Shown piece after piece: positions 35,501-48,865 of a stretch of 64,000 nucleotides of DNA. How positions within the stretch are numbered: the stretch's first letter is position 1; the number at the start of each line of letters is the position of its first letter. The stretch lies in assembly GCA_023920165.1 (NCBI GenBank), contig CP089280.1:496001-560000 (forward strand), in the 5' to 3' direction. Below the pieces are notes generated by a model. The model worked only from the letters and a program-made list of their open reading frames with translations. It was not told the origin of the DNA and made no database searches. This DNA comes from Curvularia clavata (lineage: Eukaryota). The position numbers and the translations under genes are program-made.

Positions 35501-35633
35501 AGAGAGAGGTTAGATAATATACTAATATAGCGTTGCAGAGGCTAGGTCTAAACTATATTTATCAAGTTTAATTTAAATATAAAAAATAAAATCTAAAGTG
35601 TTTCTTAAAATGTTTCGCAAAAGGCCGAAGCTA
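32585..35633 (-). repeat. Right arm of the inverted repeat, interrupted by a Fot1-like element
   Basis: Ends aaaaggccgaagcta, complementary to tagcttcggccttttg at 31055. Confidence 0.85.
33439..35293 (-). mobile_element. Fot1/Pot2-like family C, full length, RIP-inactivated
   Basis: TA-flanked TIRs (acgtagtttataagcgagtcggtcatacaagc); remnant ORFs MPPYSSHLLQPLNVSCF and LEKQVI..WPRNF. Confidence 0.93.
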
Positions 35634-35747
35634 GAATAAATATATACTACTAGTCTACATATATAATATATACAGTTTTAAGCTATACTTGTCTATCTAA
35701 CTTAGTAACTATATATATAAGTTATGTTTTAGTATTTATATATAATA

Positions 35748-37179
35748 TAGTGGGGTGACACGAAAAAAATCACAAGAAAAAATAGCACTTTTTACTAAGC
35801 TATATCTCAGCTAATAAGATAGCTAAAAATATAAAAAATTAAGATTCATATAGAGATTTACTAGCTCTTATAGTCTATAATTTTAAAGAAAAATTAAATA
35901 TATCTATAGCTCTTATGAGAAAATGCTAAACTAGAGAGAAAAAAAAACGTCAACTTTACATGTATTTTTCGCGCTAAAATTTTACGATTTATATAGCTAT
36001 CTATATATAAATATATACTATTAGTATATATATATAATATATATTTTTTATACCTATAGTTATCTATCTAAATTAGAAGATTTATATATAAGTTATATTT
36101 TAGTATTTATATATAATAATATTAGTAAATTTCTATCTAATATTCTATATACTAGCTCTTAGCTTCTACCACTCTATCATAGCGTTTTGGCATAGATAAA
36201 ATACAGCTATCCATGTCTTTTTGTAGTATTTTATGCCACTCTTGGTGAATAGCTGTAATAAACGTATTTATACTAGTCTCACTAGCGCTAGTACTAAGAC
36301 TAGAGCTTAGTAGCTTAGTAAGCTAATTTCTAAATAAGCTCTATACGTTTTCTATTAGATTTAGATCTAGACTATATACTAGATAGTCAAAAGTATAATT
36401 TTATAGCGCTTAAACTAGTCTAAAATATTTCTAGATTAATAGATTATTATATTATACGCTAATAATTAGTTTAGTTAGCTAGATATATAAAGTAAAATAT
36501 ATATATATTATTATATATATTTTAGCTTATTAGAAATATTTTTAAATGTACTTATATCCTTTATAGAGTATATTTTTATGATTTAGTAGTATTTTAGCCT
36601 ATTTCAAGAAAATTCAGCTCGCGAGCTATATCTATGCTAGATTCTAGACCCGTTATAAAATATAATCTTTTTACAGTTAAGATTAGTAAGCTTTTTAAGC
36701 TTAGTTCTAGTATATAATCGCTATTTTTTTATCTTTTTTAGTATTTAAAATTAGCTTTTTTCAACTAGTTATTATAGTCTAACTCTTGGTTCTTGAAATC
36801 CTTTAGAAAATTCTACTAGATAATTCTAGATTATTTTTATTTAATAATTTATCTTTCAGCTTTTTTAGACCTAGCATTATATCCCAATTAAATGCTTTTA
36901 TAGCTCTAGTATTTATCTTTAGTATTCTATCCAAGATAGCTCTTTTTTACTAACTAATAGCTTTATATTTTCATTTTATTTGAGCTATAGCATTATATAT
37001 AGACTATAGATTTTTTTAAAAGTAATTTATCCCATTTTTTATAGATATATTAGCGTCTAAAAACGCTTTAATTTAGCGTTTAAAATTCAATAGTTAAAGC
37101 TCTATTATATAGGGAATATAGTTTTAAACTACTAGAAATAGAAAGCTATAGTTATATACTAGTCAATTACTAATAGCTA
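35748..37179 (-). mobile_element. Decayed Tc1-A copy lacking exon 2 and the 5' TIR
   Basis: tagtggggtgacacg terminus; colinear with the 27607 element apart from an internal deletion. Confidence 0.88.
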
Positions 37180-37223
37180 ATATTAAGAATTAGTAAACTA
37201 GCTAGATTAGCAAGCTAGCTATC

Positions 37224-37643
37224 TATTACGATCCTAGAAAACTATAATATATACGAGCTAGTAAGTAGTTTAGAAGATTTATATATATAGGCAACTATGC
37301 TATAATCCTACAGCTATGTTATATAATAGTTATATAATATGATCTATAATCTATAAAGCTTAGTATAATATATTGATAGAGTGCTCTATATGAATTTATT
37401 AATTTATAGTACTTAGTATAATAGGGTAATAGAATACTCTATAGTATATTTTAGAATATAGTAATAGATACTAAACTCTTATAGCTTAATATATGCAATT
37501 TAAGTTATAAGTATAAGTATAACATATAAGTTATTTATAGAACTATTTATAATATACTACTACTTTATCTATAAAAACTAATCTAAGAAGATCTTAATAC
37601 TGGAAGTCTTATATTACTTCTACTTAAGATTATACTTTCAATA
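37224..37643 (+). mobile_element. Solo LTR related to Gypsy-2, inserted in the Fot1-D TIR
   Basis: TSD CTATC/CTACC; 3' end matches that of 7618-8042. Confidence 0.8.
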
Positions 37644-40600
37644 CTACCCTACTCTATCTAATCTAACTTTCTCTACAACTACTATAATACTATAATAATA
37701 ACACTCTATATAAATTTCTTATAAAAACAGAATAAATTTTACTATTATATTATATTATAATAATCTGAAATAGTCTCTCTATACTTTTATAATAGCTTTT
37801 AATATACTAAAATCTATATTCTAAACGCGTATTAGTAGTATCTAGCTATAATCTAAAAAAAATCTACTAATTATAAGCTATTATCTATTAAAAAGTATTT
37901 TTTTATATAGTAGATTTTGGACTTTAACTAGTATAGTTTTCTATTCTATATTATTAATATATAATAAATAGTAAACGCTCTACTTACTATATATAGCTAA
38001 GATCTATCTCTACTACTTATAAATAAGAAATAAATATTATACTTTATTTAAGACTAGCTAAAGCTCTAGATAAAGTAGATTAGAAAGCTTAATAGCTAGT
38101 ATACTAGTTGTAAAAATTCTATTATAATTATAGTATAATTTAAACTAGTAAAAAAGATATAATAGATATATAGTATTCTTAACTAAGATATCTATAACTT
38201 TAATAAGACTAAATTTATAATAGATATTACTATAATATTAAAAGTTATAACTAGCTCTAATAGAGTTAGCTATATAGTTATAATATAGCTAGATAATTAT
38301 AAGTAGATAATAGCTATTAGGTATATTAATATATCTAGCTAGTATCTTCTACTACTTATAATTTTATCTAGTAAAGTCTACTAAAGTAGCTAGTACTACA
38401 ATCTTCTACTTAATTAGACTATTAGTATATTAGATAATAGCTAAATAATAGATAAGCTAGACTTAGAGTAGATAAAATACTTGAATTAGTATATAATAGC
38501 TTAAATAGCTAAAGTCTATTAGCTTATCATTTTTAATAGCTATAGTAGCTATACTATCCTAGAGTTTAATTAGTACTACACTAATAATAAGATTATTACT
38601 TTCTATATACTACTATATACTTTCTATCTTCTCTAGTTTCTAGATATAAACTATTACTCCTTTTTTAAGCGCGTATATAGATATTAGACCAAGAAACTTA
38701 TCTACTAAAATATCTATTATATCAATAAGATTAACTTTCTTATAGTTTATATATAGATCTAGCTAACTATATTTATATAGTAGAATATCTAATGAGATTT
38801 TGAAATAATAGATCTTATCTTTTTTTATTTAGATTATATTCTATTATCACTAACTATTATTTAGATACTATCTCTACTATAAATAACTATAAATAATAAT
38901 AATATAGCGTAGATAATAGTATAGATAGAGATACTATATATAGTAGAGTAGCTTTAGTAGTAGGTGCGCTATCTCTAAGAGCAACTATAGTAATAGCTAG
39001 AGAGTCTAATAAGTATTATTATCTACTAACTTACTAAAAGCGCTTAGCTTATAATATAATTAGTAGTGATTTTTATAAAAAAGAATTAAAAGCTATATAA
39101 AGAAAATTAGCGCTAGTCATAAAAATAGAATTAACTATATTTATATATCGCTTCTAGTAGAGTATTCTAAATATAGTAGACTTAGTAGCTTACTTTAGAA
39201 GTAGAAAAAGTAGTTATAGAGATAGAGTAGAGTAAAGGTAGTTAGTAACGCTAGCACGCGCCACTAATATATATAAACTACTATATTTAAAGCTATACTT
39301 TTACTTTATATAAATCTAGCTACCAAATTATATCTATTAAATTTTATCTAATTTTACTACAGTGGGGGGACACAAAAAAAAAGAACTCGAAAAAGTAGTA
39401 GTTTTATAACCACTATAACTCAGCCAATAAAATAGCTAAAAATATAAAAGATGTAATTTTATATAGGGACTAGTCAGCAGTTTTAATCTAGTATTTTACA
39501 CATAGCTTAATCAGCATATATAAAATACAGAAAGCAGTTAAAGTAGAGTGAAGAAAAAAAGCAAAATACAAGCTATTTTTTCGCGCTTAAATATTTGAGT
39601 ATTTATTATTTTTAGTATATATATATAATATAACTATATATATTTATTATCTATAGCTTTTATAGCTATAGTTATCTATCTAAATTACTAGATATATAAG
39701 ATTATAAATTTTGGCACTAGCTTACATAACTAGTAGCTAAGTCAGCTATTAGTCAGCTTTTAGTATATATAGACAACTTTCAATCCCAAGTAACTTAGAT
39801 CTATATTTCCCCACTATGGATCCACATTTTTCCAAATTCGAACGTCAAATTAAAGCGTTTTTAGACGCCCAAACACCAATAAAAAATATTATAAATTATT
39901 TTGAAAAGAATCCACGATCTATATATAACGCTATTTACCGAGTTAAAAAGAAATTAAAAGATATTAGTCAGCAAGAAAGAGCTAGACCAGGCAGAGTCTC
40001 AAAGGTGTCTTCTAGAGCAAAAAGAGCTATTAATAGGGATATAACTAGAAGCCCAAAAAAGACTAAAAAAAGACTATTAAGAGAAAATAATCTTAATATT
40101 TCTTCTAGAACACTTAAAAGAGTGTTAAGAGACGAAGGCTGGGTAATCAATATTTGTTCAAAAAAACAGATATTAAACAAAGAAAAAGCTAAAAAAAGAC
40201 TAGCTTATTATAAAAAACAGCTAACTAATCTTAGTAATATAGATTTTACTAAGATTATATTCTCGGACGAGTCTGGGATTGAGCGTGGACATGGATCTAG
40301 AGTCGAATTCTCTAGAAACCGCCCAAAAAAACGACAAAATCCAAAAATATATTCTACAAAAAATACAAGTACGTTTAAGAATACTTCTAATAAGCTAAAA
40401 TATAGTACTATATATATATAACTATATATATATATTATCTTATATATATCTAGCTGACTAAGCCGATTTTTAGCCCATGATATAACTATCCATATTTGGG
40501 GAGCTATTTGGATAGGTGGAAGATCCGATCTAGTGGTTATAAAGACACCAAATAGTGTGATTAGTCATCGAAATCACCACTATATCAGAAAATGTCTAAT

Positions 40601-41017
40601 ACCCCATATAAAGCCAAAATTAAAAGCTGGTAAGTTATATGTATTATTTTACTAGTTATTTATATATATATATAACTTTATATATATATATATAACTTTA
40701 TATATATATATATAACTTTATATATATATCTAACTAGCTAGTTATATTTTGCTAATATATATATATTTAGGCTGGCAGTTCCAACAAGATAACGCTAAAA
40801 TCCATAAAGCTAGAAACGTTCTAGACTGGTTTAGGCGCCATCACATCAAGATTTTTGAACATCCAGCGTATAGTCCGGATTTAAATCCAATAGAAAACGT
40901 ATGGAGCTTGCTTAAAAATCAGCTTACTAAGCTGCCAGCTAGTAGTCTTGGCACGGGTAATAAGCAGCAAAGTATTAATACTTTTATTAATACTATATTA
41001 GAAGAGTGGCATGAAAT

Positions 41018-44000
41018 TGTTAAGAGTATGATCTCGAGTAGAAGTAATATAAGACTTCTAGTGTTAAGATCTTCTTAGGTTGGTTTTCATAGATAAAGTA
41101 ATAGTATGTTATAAATAGGGTTCTATAATAACTATTATATTATAAGTACTATACTTATAACTTAAATTAAACATATTAAGCTATAAAGGCTTGATACCTA
41201 TTCCTATATACTTATAGTATTCACAACCCTTAGTTAGAGGAGTCTAAGTAACCCTTAGTAGCTTATATACAAGGAGCATTCCTCTATAGCTTATATACAA
41301 GGAGTCTGCTAAAACCCTTTCTTAGACATACGCTACTAAAGAGATTACGTAATACGTGCCCCCGTGTTATATATAGCTAAGTCGACTAGTTATTAATACT
41401 TCTTAACTTAACCGCCATGCCTCTTCCTCCTAGATTCGTAACACCATCCTTCTCCTCCCTAAGCTTGTCCTCAAGCTTTTCCTTATACCTAGCTAATAAT
41501 ATCTGCCCCTAGGTCTAAAGAACATCTTTATCTTACTCTTAAAATTTATCGTAATAGTCTCCCCGCGCCTGTCCTCTACGATTATTATTTTGCGAACAAC
41601 TATTAGTACGTCGCAATGCCCAAAGTCGACGGTAAGCATTTAAAATACTCTAAATACACTCGTCTAGATCACCTATATATTAATATATTATAAGTATCGT
41701 TAGATAAGACTTATAAAGAGTATTAAAAGAAAGTAGATAAAGATAAGTAATTATTAGCTTAAGTAATTTCGCAGTTAATACGAAATAAAAAGATTCTAAA
41801 GTAGGCTAAAGAATATACTACGAAGAAGACTATATATTTAGCGAATTCTTTGCATAAAGGTAGTAATAACGTAGACGCGTAAGAGTCTCTAAACTACCCT
41901 ATAGTTAACGTGTTAGTAGGGTTCTCGCCTATTATATAGAGTACTTTAGATTCTCTAAACGTCTTAGCGTCGTCTTTAAATTCTAGCAATACTTTTATTT
42001 TTTCTTTCTAATAGTAAGTTCTTTTTATAGTTTCGTAGTATCTTTTAATAATTACTAAAATTATCCTCTAGTTTCTATATATTTTCGTTATTATTATATC
42101 CTAACTATTTAACTAGATACTCAGTTTTATTACGCGTAGTTTAGTATACTAAGATTTTCTCAACTTCAAATTCGTTTTCTTCTTCTAGTTCAAAATAGAA
42201 TATTTTTTATAATAGCGTTTTAGAGTCTACGGGTTTTAATAACTTAACGTAGAACTTTAGGTATATCTTTACATCTAGTAGTAAATTAAGTATATAGATA
42301 ACTAGTCTATTCTAGGCTTTAATTAAAAATAGCCTAATATAAATATTATCTAATCTCTTACTTAGTCGTGTCATACGAAAATTCTTCGTAAGTAGATATA
42401 CTTTATCCCCCTTCTTTAGCTAAGATGCTATTTTTCTTTTCTAATTAATATATAAGATGCTTTAGTGTTAAGCCTTCTCGAGTAATTCTCGTAGTTTTTT
42501 ATATATTTTCTTTATTTCTTTAGCCGTAGCAATAGCTACTTCTATTTTCAAACTTAGTAACATTCTAGTAAAGACATTCAGATATCTTCCGTAGTTTGCG
42601 TAAAATAGTATTTATTTCATTAATTCCGATAATTTATTATTATATACTAGTTATGCTATAGATAGTAGTTATATCTAATTATTTTACTAATAGTTAGCGT
42701 ATATTCGTAGGTATATTTTTATTATATAGTTTATCCTTTCTATTTATCTATTAGTTTCTAGATAGTATACTATAGATAGTTTTCGCTTAGTACCTATTTC
42801 TATTTAGAGTATAGTCTAGAAGTTAGATATAAAGAGCTTATCTCTATCGCTAATAATTAATTTTAGTATTCTATATCGTCTAATAATAACGTCTAGGAAG
42901 ATATACGCTAGTTTAACTATATTATAGTCTTTCCTAAATTTCCTAAATTCTACGTATTTTGTAAATCTGTCAATAATAACTAGTATCGCGTTATAGATTG
43001 CACTAGTAATAGGGTCTATTAATAGTAGTAATCCCGTGACAAAGTCTATAGAGATGTCTACCTAAGGGGTGCTTAGCAGTTCTAGTGCTTACATTTCTCT
43101 ATATAGTGTGTATGTGCTATGCTTATTCTTCTAATAGTATTTGCATTTAGCGATAAAGACTACGACCTTTTCTTTTATTTTACTAAATTTAAAATTTCTT
43201 TAAATTAGTTCTATTATTCTAGCGATTCTAGAATATCCGTATATAGAGTCGTCGTAATATTGCTAAATAATTACTTCCTACTAGTCTTCAGATATATTAT
43301 TTCTAATTATTATAAGTAGGTTAAGCTTATATATTAGACTTAATATTCCGTCTTTATTTATCTAGAGTATTAGTCAGTCTATAATAGTTTTTATCCCTAC
43401 AATATCTAGCCTTCTACTAAGAGCGTCTACTCTACTATTGTCTTTTCCTAGTATATATACGATCTTAAATTTATATTGCCTAAGTAGCTTAGCCTATTAG
43501 GTCTATTAGTAGTTAAGAACTTTAGTAGTAGTAAAGTGGGTTAAGTTTTTATAATCTATATATATAGTAAGTTCTAAGCAGCTATATATATAGACTCTCT
43601 AGTGTTATATACAGGCTACTATAGCTAGTAGTTCTTTATTATATATATTGTATTATTCTTCTAGTCCTAAGAGCTTTCTTAAGTAGTATACTATTAGATA
43701 CTATTTACTATTAATATAGATGCTAGCGCATCCTTCTAGAGCTAGGTCTAATGCGTTGGTTTCAAATTTTAGTAGTACTTCTAAAATGAATATCCTAAAG
43801 TATAGTAGTATGGTATATACTTTTTTAATTGTCTTAAAGGCGTTATCTACCTTTTTATCCTAATTCTATAGAGTATCTTTTCTCGTAAGCTATATTATTA
43901 GTGTTACGATTTTTAAGTAATTTTTAATAAATTCTTAGTTGAAATTTGCAAATTCTAAGAATGACTGAATGTCTATAACTGACTTTAGTGTCGGCCAATT

Positions 44001-47000
44001 CTTAATAATCTTAATTTTTTCTTCGCTTATTTGTACTTTATTAGTCCCTACTACGTAGCCTAAGAAGTTGACCTTGGTCTTATGAAATTCACACTTCTTT
44101 AGCTTAAGTCGAAGACTATACTCGTCTAGGGCTTTTAGCACCTTTCTAACGTGCTTAGTATATTATTCTTTATCTTTAGAGTAGATTAGGATATTATCTA
44201 GATAGGCGATAATGAATATATCTAGATAGAGTCTAAGTATATTATTAATAAGTTCTTGAAATATGGCTGGGGCGTTTATCAGCCTAAATAGTATAACTAT
44301 ATATTTATAGTGTCCGTATCGTATTTAGAAAGCCGTTTTCTATTCTTTACCTTTCTTAATTCTAATAAAGTAGTATCTATTTTATAGATCTAATACTATA
44401 AAAATCTCTACTTAAGATAGTCGATCTCTAAGTTTTTTGATGTTTAGTAGTAGGTATTAATTCTTAACTGTGATATTATTAAGTTGTCTGTAGTCGACGT
44501 ATAGTTAATCTGTTCTGTCCTTCTTTAGTACGAATATAATAGAGTATTCTACTAGAGATTTTGATAGTTATATATAGCCTTTCGCTAGTAACTTATCTAT
44601 ATACTTTTATAGTACTATAAGTCCTCGTTCTAATAATTAGTAAATTAGGCTAAAAGTTAGTTACTTTCTTTCCTATAGGACTATTTTATAGTTTTAGAGT
44701 TAATATTTTAATAACGCTTATTTATCTACTACTTCCTAAAATAGATACTTAAATTCTCTGTATTATTTAGGGATTTCTAGAGTTGCGCTCTTCTCTTTTT
44801 CTTCAGCTTTATAGTCTATTAGCCTAGTTTTAGTATCTGCTAAGTTTGGCTTCCTACTCTAGAAACTATCTTTCAAATACACTTATTTCTCTACATTATT
44901 ATATTATTTAGTAATATTACTTTTATCTACTATCGAACTCTACTAATACGTAGACTAGCTTATGGTTGCGCCTAGTCCGTAGTACTTGAATTTAAACACT
45001 TTCGACTTCCAGTCGATCTGCGGGTTATATTCTTATAGCTATAGAAATCCTAAAATAATATTATAGATAGCTAGTCTAAAAACGTCTAGATCTATTTCCT
45101 CTTTATACTCTTAGATACTAAGTATTACTTATCTAACCTTATCTATAATTCTGTTTTCTTTAGATATTAGTTCGCCACTAGCGATATATAGTAGGTATAG
45201 CTCTCGTTTCTGCTATACTTTAAGTCTAGCTTATTATACTGCGTGTGCTAAAACGTAGTTTATCTATAATTCTAAGTCTACTAATATCTATATCTATATT
45301 CTATTAAGCTTTACTATAAGCTTAATTAATTCTAGAGAGTTTACTAAGTTAATTTCTCTAGAGGGGCCCTACCTTCGCGGCGCTAGTTTAAAAAAGTCTA
45401 TAATTCCTTTATAAATCCATTATAGAGTTTTTCTACTTTATATTTCTCGCATTCGTCTGAGAGACAAGTGTGCCATAAGGGTTAGTTGCATGCTTATTAT
45501 ATATTGCTCTTACTTTAAATAACATAAGTAGTTTGCATATCTACCACTTCTCTTAGGCTATCTCTTCTAGGAAAGTATATCACAGTGCGCTTATCCTATA
45601 GATATCTTGCGCATCCTATATTAGTACACTCTAACCATATCTAGCTACATTTAGAATATCTAGGAACACTAGTTAGATTCCAGTCAGATCCTTACTTAGC
45701 TTGCCAATATATTAGACAGAAGTTATAGATACAACCTGTTTAGTAGATCCACGCGTGCTTATAGTTGTTTACGTGATACTAATAAAGACTTAGTTAGTAC
45801 TAATTATTGTGTGTCTAGTTAGCTTATGCCTTTTTAGCCTATTAAGGTGTTATTATAGAGTTTTTCTTATCTTTAAAGAACTCTGTATTTTCTCGTAGTC
45901 GTTAGATATTAGCCGTAATATACGTGTAGTCTAGTAGTTTCTAATTAGTTATAATAGAAAAGAAATTAATATCTAATCTAAGATTCTATATATCTTTATA
46001 TATATAAAGAAGTATATTAGGCTCGTTATAATTATATCTATAAAAAGGTTGACTTAAGAGTTGTTATAGTACGTTAGTCTATAGTTCTACATATTTTAGG
46101 TCATCCCTTACGTGTGGAATTTCTAGTGAGGCGCTATTATAGCGCGGAGTAGCTAGTTAGTATTTCTTTTTAAACTTAGCCATCTTCTTATATTTAGTCT
46201 TATACGTAGAAGTTTTTTCTTTCTTACTAGATATTTCGTACCTTTCGTTGCTGCTTAGTTTAGCTTTAGTAGTATCCTCGGACGTAGTAGGTGTAATATT
46301 CTCTAGTCTACTAATAAGTCTCTTGTCGTCTAGGTGATATTAGATCTTAGCTAGAGTAATAACATTCTATCTTTTATCGTCATCTAATTCCGATTTCCTG
46401 CGTAGTACGTTGAGTTATTATTTAACCTTATTAGTATCTTTACTTTAACAGTCTCGTACTATATAGCCTTCCTTACTATAGATATAGTAGTTAAACTTCT
46501 TCTTACCCTTAAATAGTTCCTTATTAAACTTGCTAGGCCTGTTACCTTTATTAATATTATTAAAATATATTAGTTCTATACTATATCTATAATAGGCTTC
46601 TAGAGTCTTAGACGCATAGTTTTACTATCAACTTTCGTTCGGATAAGCACGTTGATAGCTATGCTTCTTAGGTCGTTCGTTCATATATCCTTAGTTGCGC
46701 GTTCTCTTGCTAAATAGTCGTTCTTCTAATAAGAGTTTGTAGAGTTCGTTATCTAGTTAAATAGATTCTTCAATAAATTCTTCTAGTATACTAATACTAG
46801 CTCTACTTTATATAAGTTCCCTACATATAGTAGATTTAAGACTTTGCTTATATATACGCATAAGGGTATTATTATCTTATTCTATAACTATAGCGTACTG
46901 CTAAAATAGTATAGTATAGTTAGTAGCGGACTGCGTCTAGCGAAGTTCTTAGATCTTTTATTCCACAATAACTAATTCTTTAAATAGTAAGAAGTTCTAT

Positions 47001-48109
47001 CACATCTTCGTTTTAAAGGCGTCCTAGTCCTTAACTAGAGCTATATTATTAGTATTTTAGATAGAGTTATCTATATAGCGTTTAATAATAGGGTTAGCCT
47101 ACTTTTTAGCATCGCCGCGAAGGTATAAAGTAGCTACGATAACCTTATTAGTATTATTAATCTTATCTCCTTTAAGATAGAAGTATTAGTTAACCTAGAG
47201 GAGCCAAGTCTTAAGCTTCTTATATTCTCTATAGTATAAGTCGGGCTTGTTGAAGTAATAGGTGGCTGCTAGTACTACTAGTAGTAGACTTAGACAGCCT
47301 GATCGAGAGACTCTAGATAGACGAGAGATTGCTAGGGGAGAGAGTTGATGGACACGATTGACTTTGTATAAACTGCTCTGGTTTCTATCTACTAGCTATT
47401 CTACTACTATTTATATTGGCTGGAGTAGATTCTAGAAGAATCTATCTAGTAGTAGCTTGCGTAATCTTTGGCGTCATAGACAGATGTCTATAGATCGATT
47501 ATAGTCTTGATAGATCGACTATAGATTGTAGAATCCGGGTGTGACTAAGCACCTAGATTCTATCGTAGAGTAGCTGAGTAGCTTATCTACAACAGGGCTT
47601 ATATCTATAAGTAGTAGATCCTCTAGTCTAGAAAGCGTCAGAAGTATTTATAGTAATATCACTTATTATAAAGGTATTTAAAGTATTAAGAATATAATCT
47701 TAAGTAAAAGTAATATAAAACTTCTAGTATTAAGATCTTCTTAAATTAGTTTTTATAAATAAAGCAATAGTATATTATAAATAGAGTTCTATAGTAACTA
47801 TTATATTATAGATACTATACTTATAACTTAAGTTAAATATATTGAGCTATAAGAGCTTAATACCTATTCCTATATACTTATAATATTCGCAACCCTTAGT
47901 CAGAGAAGTCCAAGTAACCCTTAGTAGCTTATATACAAGGAGCATTCCTCTATAGCTTATGCACGAGGAGTCTGCCAAGACCCTTCCTTAGATATGCGCC
48001 ACTAAGGAGATTACGTAATGCGTGCCCCCGCGTTACATATAGCTGGGTCGACTGGTCGTCGATGCTTCTTAACTTAACCGCCGTGCCTCTTCCTCCTAGG
48101 TTCGTAATA
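41018..48109 (-). mobile_element. Full-length RIP-decayed Ty3/Gypsy family 2; LTRs 41018-41443 and 47684-48109
   Basis: TSD GAAAT on both sides; PPT at 41444-41460; RT remnant LKKCEFHKTKVNFLGYVV. Confidence 0.96.
41499..42010 (+). pseudogene. Antisense accessory gene relic with Zn2Cys6-like spacing and coiled-coil-like region
   Basis: Six TAC/TAT codons spaced x2-x6-x12-x2-x6 revert to Cys by G>A back-mutation; 3' end approximate. Confidence 0.72.
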
Positions 48110-48865
48110 GAAATACCGCAAAAAGATATAGATAACTGTATTTTATCTATGCCAAAACGCTATAATAGAGTAGTAGAAGCTAAGGGCTGGTATACTAAAT
48201 ATTAGATAGTAATTTACAGTTATTATCTAATATAAATACTAAAATATAACTTGTATATATATCTAGTAATTTAGATAGATAACTACGGCTATAAAAAAAA
48301 ATATTATATATATATATAGTTATAATATATATATATACTAAAAATAATAAATACTCAAATATTTAAGCGCGGAAAAATAGCTTATATTTTGCTTTTTTTT
48401 CTTCACTCTACTTTGACAACTTACTATATTTTATATATACTGATTAAGCTATGTGTAAAATACCAGATTAAAACTGCTGACTAGTCCCTATATAAAACTA
48501 CATCTTTTATATTTTTAGCTATTTTATTGGCTGAGTTATAGTGGTTCTAAAACTACTACTTTTTCGAGTTCTTTTTTTTTGTGTCCCCCCACTGTATATT
48601 ATTATGGATTAATAATAAAGAGAGTTAGATTGGGTTAGATAGGGTAGCCAGCTTGCTAATCTGGCTAGCTTGCTGATCCTTAACGTTATAGCTATAGCTT
48701 TCCATTTCTAGCAACTTAAAACTATATTTTCTACACAATAGAGCCACAACTGTCGAATTTCGAACGCCAAATTAAAGCATTTTTAGACACTAATACACCT
48801 ATAAAAAATATAATTAATAACTTTTAAAAATATCGACGGTCTGTAAATAACGCTATAGCTCGGAT

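Larger units (their letters stand above)
39816..48205 (+). pseudogene. DD34E transposase; exons 39816-40368, 40474-40629, 40771-41017 plus 48115-48205; broken only by the retro-insertion
   Basis: All exons open and splice sites canonical; frame rejoins across TSD GAAAT. Confidence 0.9.
39360..48594 (+). mobile_element. Tc1-like subfamily B split by Gypsy-2
   Basis: TA-cagtgggggga...tccccccactg-TA; long TIRs. Confidence 0.95.
37180..48686 (+). mobile_element. Fot1/Pot2-like family D, heavily decayed, hosting nested elements
   Basis: Left TIR atattaagaattagtaaactagc is the mutated complement of right TIR gctagcttgctgatccttaacgt; transposase relic ~37690-39300. Confidence 0.82.

Noticed and set aside
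40661..40730. Tandem (tatatatatatataacttta) x3
   Set aside because: Simple slippage repeat inside Tc1 intron 2
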